64,000 nucleotides of DNA from an uncultured virus (IMG/VR IMGVR_UViG_3300007871_000062) (taxonomy: Duplodnaviria; Heunggongvirae; Uroviricota; Caudoviricetes), in the IMG/VR virus record IMGVR_UViG_3300007871_000062. One strand, 5' to 3'. The notes beneath the pieces are model-generated. The model did not search any database. It had not been told where the DNA came from and saw nothing but the letters and a program-made list of their open reading frames with translations. A program made the position numbers and the translations under genes. The first letter of the stretch is position 1; the number at the start of each line of letters is the position of its first letter. Positions 58,169-64,000 of this stretch are shown here, in pieces.

Positions 58169-59788
58169 TTATTCCTTTTTATCGGGGTCTTGAGACGCTT
58201 GTTTTTCTGCTTTAGCAGATGTATTATTGACGATTGTATCAGTAAGAGTATCATGTGTTTGCGACTCTTGAATTCTTTTTAATCGCTTCGCATGATCTTC
58301 TTCTGCTTTCTTTGGTTCATCATGGTTATAACCACGAGCAAGTGAAGCAGTCTCTAATGAGACAATACCTTTTTCTACATCGGCATGAATTGTTTCAGCG
58401 TCAGCAGTCATGTAATTAGCATTTTCAATCTCTCTTATCATGGTATCTAAATCTTTAACAGATACTCTTGATCCTAAAAGCATTCTCACAATTTCTTTAT
58501 TCACTTCTTTTTGATAACGTTTCGAGGGAACAACAGATATTAATTTGTCTAGGCGCTCCGCCTCTTCCATTCTTTGAAGATCTGTTTTTAGGCCATAACG
58601 CTCAGGATAATTAATAGTGACGGTTTCTTGTTCATTTTCATACTGATGAAAAAGGTTAGCAATTTGTTGTTCGCCTTTTTCTAATATCAAACCTAAGAAG
58701 CTAAGACCACTTTCTAAGCCTCTTTCATCAAATTGTTTTGCTTCAGCGGATGCAAATTTCGGCCTAATACTACTCAAAGCTAAATTAATAAGAGAACGAA
58801 TATCTTCTTTTAGTTGTTTTTGTTTTTCTATTGATGCAATAATTGGTTCTGAACTTGGATGTATAAAAGATGGACTGTCTAATCCTTTGGCATAACGCCT
58901 ACCTTGAATATTACCAACTTCTATCTGATCATCCTCATTATTTTCAGGATTATCTTTAAGATGTGAACTATCAAATTTACCGCTGTATTGCTCGACGTAA
59001 AATGGAAAATTAGCTTTCAAAGCATAAGAAATGTCACTTGATTCCAAATTCAATAATGCAATTTGATGATTTGCAACATCTTTTAATAGTGAGCGATCCA
59101 ATTCAAATAGAACAAAGGGTATTTTGTCAATTTCTAGTAACATTTCTGGTCCTATCTTTTTATCATTTTCATCAAGATATTGTAAAGAAACACCATCGTC
59201 TCTTTTTTGAAAAAGACGATATCGCGTCTTTATCTCTTCCGGTAAGTTATATTTATCATATTCATAGTAAGTTTCTTCTAACAATAATGTTTCAAAATCA
59301 ACATTATTGTTATCTTCAGTATAGACCCAATTTTTTATTTCTTCGGCTGTATAAATATAAATATAAGGGTGTGTATTTTCTGCTTCTTGTTTTGTTGATC
59401 CAATAAAAGCCGGCATATCCACAAATACGCCAACCTTGCCCATGAATAGTAATTCTGACAATACTTCATGGCCAATAAAATGATTCATTGTAGCGCCTTT
59501 CAAATCAACGCCGCCATATGCGCCATTAACAACATCTTGAAAAACTGACGATCCACCTTTTCGTGTTATATCCGCCATTCTTTGATAAATACTATTACGA
59601 ATATCAATCAAAGCAGCACTTGCAAAACCCGGTATAGGTGTGATTTTTTTGCGATCTATAAAATCATCAGCGTCTTCACGTGTGCTAAATTTAACAAGAT
59701 ATTGATCAATAAAATCATTCCCACCATTTTTAATATAACGATATTTTCGCCATGCATTGGGTGTATAATCTGGATGCACTGAAATCAT
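58169..59788 (-). CDS. Portal protein
   Basis: Follows terminase; YL.KFS.RE, IPFV, PLL.D.A-like segment. Confidence 0.85.
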   Translation of the reverse strand: MISVHPDYTPNAWRKYRYIKNGGNDFIDQYLVKFSTREDADDFIDRKKITPIPGFASAALIDIRNSIYQRMADITRKGGSSVFQDVVNGAYGGVDLKGATMNHFIGHEVLSELLFMGKVGVFVDMPAFIGSTKQEAENTHPYIYIYTAEEIKNWVYTEDNNNVDFETLLLEETYYEYDKYNLPEEIKTRYRLFQKRDDGVSLQYLDENDKKIGPEMLLEIDKIPFVLFELDRSLLKDVANHQIALLNLESSDISYALKANFPFYVEQYSGKFDSSHLKDNPENNEDDQIEVGNIQGRRYAKGLDSPSFIHPSSEPIIASIEKQKQLKEDIRSLINLALSSIRPKFASAEAKQFDERGLESGLSFLGLILEKGEQQIANLFHQYENEQETVTINYPERYGLKTDLQRMEEAERLDKLISVVPSKRYQKEVNKEIVRMLLGSRVSVKDLDTMIREIENANYMTADAETIHADVEKGIVSLETASLARGYNHDEPKKAEEDHAKRLKRIQESQTHDTLTDTIVNNTSAKAEKQASQDPDKKE

Positions 59789-61410
59789 AAGAAACTCCGG
59801 ATATTTTCATTTGTTGTTAGACTGGCGGCACATGGTAAAGCAATTTCACTGTAACAACGTGCGTGTGCAGCGTGATCAGCACCATCGCCAATAGTAATAT
59901 AGCGGCCTACTGGATTACCACTTTGATCTTTTTCGTAACGTCGTACTAATTTTTTAATATGATCTTGATACTCTAGAGAGATATTTTGTGGAAGTGAAAT
60001 TGTTTGATTGTGAAATCTATTCAATGCTACATCCAACCAAGATGTTCTGTCTACACTCAATTCGTGTGAATTGTCATCTTGATTGATATTTATCATTTTA
60101 CCACGAACACCAGTGCTATAGAAACACAATTTCACGTGGCCCCAAAAGTCACACGCAAACTCATAAGCCAATCGTCTTTCAGGTTGTGCATCAATAACAC
60201 AAAACATTACTTGATATTGTTTCATTAGTTGACCAAGTTCATGAAAGTCTATTACTTTACCTTCTTTAAGAACTGTAGCTTTGGCATTCATATTAATGTC
60301 ATTACCAAGTTTGCATTGCCACGATGTTATTTCGTAGTGTAACCAACGACCTTGATCGACACCCATTGTAATTATATTACCTTTCTCACCGGGTTTAATA
60401 CATTTTCGAATTTCAAGATCAGTAACTTGCGCACCCTCTGGTACATGCGGCATACCTAATCTACTATTGTAAAACTCTTGTTCCTCGACTTTATCAACCA
60501 GTGAAGCGAGGTATTTTGTTGCTAATTGATGTGGTTCAATAGTGTAAGAATAGAGTTGATTAACATAGAATCCTCTTTTACTTGATTGATTTGTGGATTC
60601 CCAATAACCAGTTTTTAACCACTCCGGTTTGGCTTTATGAGATAATTTTTTCTTACATTCTTTACAAATAAGGTAAGAATTTTCGATTTTAGGATCAAGA
60701 CGATCCTCCGCAGTAATAACAAGACATTCAGGGAAAATGAGTTCTGTTAGTTTGCCACAATTAGGACATTTAAAGATAAAATGATCTTGCGTGGATAAAA
60801 GAAACTCTTTATTTATACCATGATTTGGTGCAGTGGGTGTTGAAATTTTCCAAATTTGCCAATCAATTTGTCCATCCACTCTGGATTCACCAAGCGTGAC
60901 ATTAGGTTGATTCATTTCATCCAATTCATCAAAGATTAAAAGACTCACAGGTAGACCTTTCATACCACCGCGACTATTACTGCCTCTGATATAGAGATTT
61001 GCTGAACCTGAACGTTTGTGCCCAACATTTTTTACGTCACTGTAAATATTCTTGAGATGTTGTGATAAATCAAGAGCAGCATCGAAACGAGCTGCAGAGA
61101 AATCAGAGGCATCAGGTGTTTTAGATGGTAAGACATACAAGACACTTTGTCTTTTGATGTCCATCTTGAAGAAAGCAATATTGAGCATTGTTTCTGTATA
61201 ACCCATTTGTGCGGATTTCTGACCAATACAAAACGGTTCGGTTGCATTATGCATATCCAATGTCCATGGATGATATTTCGGTGTCCACAGACCGGGAAAC
61301 GGTGGGCCCATCATCCTATAAGATGATGCCCATTTGGAGCAAGAAGTAATGGCTTTACGCCGAAGACCGCTTACTAAAGTGTCAGTGAATACTTGTTGTA
61401 ATTTATGCAT
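59785..61410 (-). CDS. Terminase large subunit (lambda GpA-like)
   Basis: KSAQMGYTE, FDELDEM, ISTPT, CPNC/CKEC, LGMP, GVDQG. Confidence 0.9.
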   Translation of the reverse strand: MHKLQQVFTDTLVSGLRRKAITSCSKWASSYRMMGPPFPGLWTPKYHPWTLDMHNATEPFCIGQKSAQMGYTETMLNIAFFKMDIKRQSVLYVLPSKTPDASDFSAARFDAALDLSQHLKNIYSDVKNVGHKRSGSANLYIRGSNSRGGMKGLPVSLLIFDELDEMNQPNVTLGESRVDGQIDWQIWKISTPTAPNHGINKEFLLSTQDHFIFKCPNCGKLTELIFPECLVITAEDRLDPKIENSYLICKECKKKLSHKAKPEWLKTGYWESTNQSSKRGFYVNQLYSYTIEPHQLATKYLASLVDKVEEQEFYNSRLGMPHVPEGAQVTDLEIRKCIKPGEKGNIITMGVDQGRWLHYEITSWQCKLGNDINMNAKATVLKEGKVIDFHELGQLMKQYQVMFCVIDAQPERRLAYEFACDFWGHVKLCFYSTGVRGKMININQDDNSHELSVDRTSWLDVALNRFHNQTISLPQNISLEYQDHIKKLVRRYEKDQSGNPVGRYITIGDGADHAAHARCYSEIALPCAASLTTNENIRSFL

Positions 61411-61416
61411 CCCGAC

Positions 61417-61695
61417 TTACAGTGGGCTACTCTTGGGATCATGAAGCGTTTCATTTTCTAACTCCTTGAAAAGGTACTCTATGAGAAGCATACCAGGAAC
61501 TGATAAAGTAACTAAAGAAAACCAAGTGATTATAAAACTATAAAAGGAAGATTGATTAAGAGCTATGAAGAAAGCGAGATAATGAGCAAAACAGTAAGAA
61601 CATTTTAGGACATGCCATTTCTGAATAGGTCTGAAAAGTACACTTCTACAGACTGTTTCAGAAATTGTTGATATTGCTAAGGCTTCTAAGATCAT
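61417..61695 (-). CDS. Membrane protein with CxxC (DUF1360-like), start revised
   Basis: KCSYCFAHY; TAATG overlap. Confidence 0.55.
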   Translation of the reverse strand: MILEALAISTISETVCRSVLFRPIQKWHVLKCSYCFAHYLAFFIALNQSSFYSFIITWFSLVTLSVPGMLLIEYLFKELENETLHDPKSSPL

Positions 61696-61853
61696 TAGAA
61701 TTTCTTTAGTGTTTTCCATAGGTTACATTGTCTTCGAGCACGTGTCGACAAATTCTTTTGTGCACAATATTGTGCGATCGTCATACCTTTGGCTTTTGCT
61801 TTTCTAGTTAAAGCACCAGGTCTTTTGATTGCTCCTTTAATCCATTTCTTCAT
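61695..61853 (-). CDS. 52-aa basic protein (not in ORF track)
   Basis: MKKWIKGAIKRPGALTRKAK...RARRQCNLWKTLKKF; GAGG RBS; coupled. Confidence 0.75.
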   Translation of the reverse strand: MKKWIKGAIKRPGALTRKAKAKGMTIAQYCAQKNLSTRARRQCNLWKTLKKF

Positions 61854-62091
61854 CAATTGCCTCACGATACTGTTCTTTGGTTCTTGTGCCTATTACTTTC
61901 TTTTTATTTATTAATAAGGTTGGTAATTTTGTGATATTGTGCTTTTTGAATCGTTTATCTGGATGATCAACGATTTCAATATCATAACCCTCTAACATCA
62001 AAAGGAGAATACTTGGTTTTGCTTCCTTGCAAGCTATGCACCACTCCGCCGTAAAAAAGAGAATCAGAAGAAGTAATGTTGTTTTTACCAT
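61837..62091 (-). CDS. Thioredoxin-like protein
   Basis: FTAEWCIACK, ITKLPT. Confidence 0.8.
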   Translation of the reverse strand: MVKTTLLLLILFFTAEWCIACKEAKPSILLLMLEGYDIEIVDHPDKRFKKHNITKLPTLLINKKKVIGTRTKEQYREAIDEEMD

Positions 62092-62975
62092 AAGATGTAC
62101 TTCCTCTCGGGTATTGGGAAACCTTTATAATTACTAAGGGCGTACGCTTCATTTCTCTTTACGTGGTAGTCAATATATCTGGCGTCAATCCACACACTAC
62201 CATCTGGTTGATTATGGCGTTTTGGGCCGGAAGCCCACTTACCGTGTGAATTTAGTAGACATACTCCGGGTCTACGACCATCATCAACACCAGCAATCAA
62301 CCAACCGTGCGGCCATTTGCCCTTGGGTTTGATGAAACCGTCTTTGTCTCGTTGACTATTTTCTGCGCCCATTGTTGAACAAAATAGAACAGGATGGCCA
62401 CTTGCCACAGCATCTCTAATTTCTGAATAACTATTCAAAGAAGAATAATCAAGAAGAGGGTGAAGTTTTGCGTAATCCAAAAGAAATTGTGGAAGAGGAT
62501 TACGGTTTAACTCTATACAAGTTTGTCTTGAATAAGGGGTAAGATCAATAGAGTCGTACTTTTGTCTTAGAAGATTGCCATACGTTTGAAGATATTTGGT
62601 AGCCCACCATCCACGCATTCCATTTCTCGCAAATTCATGGGGAATATTATTCCTGCCACCTGAATAAATTGCATCACAAGATGATTTTGTAATCCATTTT
62701 TCTGCTTTGCCTTGTGCTATTTGTACAGTGGAAAGAATATCCATCCCTGCACCGGTAGCTTGAGCTATACAATCAGCATATTTTTGACGGTGTGGTTCCC
62801 ACTCTTTTCCGGTTACTTTTTCCCAAGGCTTCCATAGTAAAGCGACTTTATTTTGTCCAAAGGATCTTAGGTGTTTCGTTTTATAATCAGGTTGAGCGTA
62901 ACAAGGTATCCATCCGTACTCTCTCTTCGGGAAGAGAGAGAGCATAGCGATTGTTAGAAAGTCACGTCTTAACAT
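62085..62975 (-). CDS. Papain-like (C1-type) cysteine peptidase
   Basis: Q..ADC, HGWLIAG, LNSHG..W, DGSVWI; twin-arginine-like RRDFL N-terminus. Confidence 0.75.
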   Translation of the reverse strand: MLRRDFLTIAMLSLFPKREYGWIPCYAQPDYKTKHLRSFGQNKVALLWKPWEKVTGKEWEPHRQKYADCIAQATGAGMDILSTVQIAQGKAEKWITKSSCDAIYSGGRNNIPHEFARNGMRGWWATKYLQTYGNLLRQKYDSIDLTPYSRQTCIELNRNPLPQFLLDYAKLHPLLDYSSLNSYSEIRDAVASGHPVLFCSTMGAENSQRDKDGFIKPKGKWPHGWLIAGVDDGRRPGVCLLNSHGKWASGPKRHNQPDGSVWIDARYIDYHVKRNEAYALSNYKGFPIPERKYILW

Positions 62976-63673
62976 GGTTTCAGGGCTGCTGCAATTTTGA
63001 GCCAAAGAGCAACATGCTCTTCCAGGGACTTACCTTGATAATTTTTCTGAAGATATTCAGAGAAAGATATAAGGAACGATTTGTACTGATCTAAATTAAC
63101 ACCTAGGACTGCACGGTTTGCTACTGCGGTCATCTTAATTAGGGTTTCAATATCTTTGGCTTTAGCGGACTCTTCAAAAGAACGACTCAAAGCCTCTAGC
63201 AACAAGGGATTAGAGTTTTTTGGAAGCCAACTTCTTATTAAGGTGGTGAATTTATCGGATATTGGTTGACCTTCCACTCTAAGGGAATGAATAATGCAAC
63301 TTACAGCATTCTCCTTAGCGGCAGCAACGAAAAAGATGTAATCCCCATTTTCACTGCTTGAGAAAAAGGCTCTTTTACCATTCTCAATAACAACAAAATT
63401 AAGAGATTCAGGCTTTATTTTCCATTCAAATGATGCAGCGGAAGATGCAGAAGCATCCAAAGTGACTAGCTCACCGATTTTACAAACATTCGGTGCCACC
63501 AAAGAAAGAATTACTTTTTCTTCTTCTTCTTCTTCTTCAAAGGTGATAGTTACTTCCTCAGGAACAATTACTTTCCCAGGAACTTCCTTTTCTTCAAAAG
63601 AAAGGAGAGAGAAAAAAACAAAAATAATAATGGCGAGAACAAAAATAGTGATGGGGTAGATGTTCTTTTTCAT
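62969..63673 (-). CDS. Membrane-anchored protein with PKD/Ig-like domain
   Basis: N-terminal TM; GELVTLDASAS..FEW. Confidence 0.65.
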   Translation of the reverse strand: MKKNIYPITIFVLAIIIFVFFSLLSFEEKEVPGKVIVPEEVTITFEEEEEEEKVILSLVAPNVCKIGELVTLDASASSAASFEWKIKPESLNFVVIENGKRAFFSSSENGDYIFFVAAAKENAVSCIIHSLRVEGQPISDKFTTLIRSWLPKNSNPLLLEALSRSFEESAKAKDIETLIKMTAVANRAVLGVNLDQYKSFLISFSEYLQKNYQGKSLEEHVALWLKIAAALKPC

Positions 63674-63849
63674 TCTACACCTTCAGCAGTGATAAGTCTG
63701 AGCCCGCAATTGATAAAACCGATGATTGCAAGAACAGGGCCACTATGGTCAGCCATGATCCATTGCTCATTAGAGACAACAACCAAAAGACCAGCGGCAA
63801 GAGTCAGCAAATTAACAATCATCGTCTTGCTTTTGTACCACTTTTTCAT
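63670..63849 (-). CDS. Holin-like two-TM peptide (not in ORF track)
   Basis: MKKWYKSKTMIVNLL...INCGLRLIT; overlaps both neighbours. Confidence 0.65.
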   Translation of the reverse strand: MKKWYKSKTMIVNLLTLAAGLLVVVSNEQWIMADHSGPVLAIIGFINCGLRLITAEGVE

Positions 63850-63998
63850 TAGATTTCTCCGAGAGCTTTGAGGATTTCTTCGCTAACTTGATCCATATCA
63901 TTCTCTTGAACATAATTACTAATAATTTCTACACAGATTTGTGCGAATTGTGTTACTCTAGTTCGATCCAAAAGATTATTTAGTCTATTCTCAAGTCT
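63849..63998 (-). CDS. 3' end of a gene truncated by the window (possibly terminase small subunit)
   Basis: Open frame RLENRLNNLLDR...LGEI ending in TAATG overlap. Confidence 0.45.
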   Translation of the reverse strand, partial: RLENRLNNLLDRTRVTQFAQICVEIISNYVQENDMDQVSEEILKALGEI

Positions 63999-64000
63999 TT

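Noticed and set aside
1..64000. tRNAs, integrase/att sites, canonical parS, alternative genetic code
   Set aside because: None recognised by eye (not an exhaustive search); long genes are intact in the standard code and all three stop codons are used

Overview
This window is most of the genome of an AT-rich, tailed dsDNA phage (siphovirus-like: lambda GpA-type terminase, P22-like coat, tape measure, frameshifted tail chaperone). It has three blocks: (i) 227-28355 on the minus strand, with accessory, nucleotide-metabolism and replication genes (PolA, intein-containing SNF2 helicase, ligase, NDK, sigma-like factor, MTase and four ParB-family genes); (ii) 28787-33666 on the plus strand, with a primase-helicase, dNMP kinase and DEDDh exonuclease; (iii) 33658-64000 on the minus strand, with morphogenesis genes and a putative lysis module. 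I saw no integrase, tRNA, CRISPR array or reverse transcriptase. Most notable: a (CTTGTGT)17 array at the left end; a 105-bp non-coding element present twice, 25.3 kb apart, one copy inside nested inverted repeats upstream of the primase; four ParB paralogues with no ParA; a 12-mer bracketing two control regions as inverted pairs; a CX3CX2C gene broken by four same-direction frameshifts; two tandem sulfotransferase-like genes; and several enzyme homologues with apparently degenerate active sites. All product calls come from motif recognition by eye; no database searches were run.
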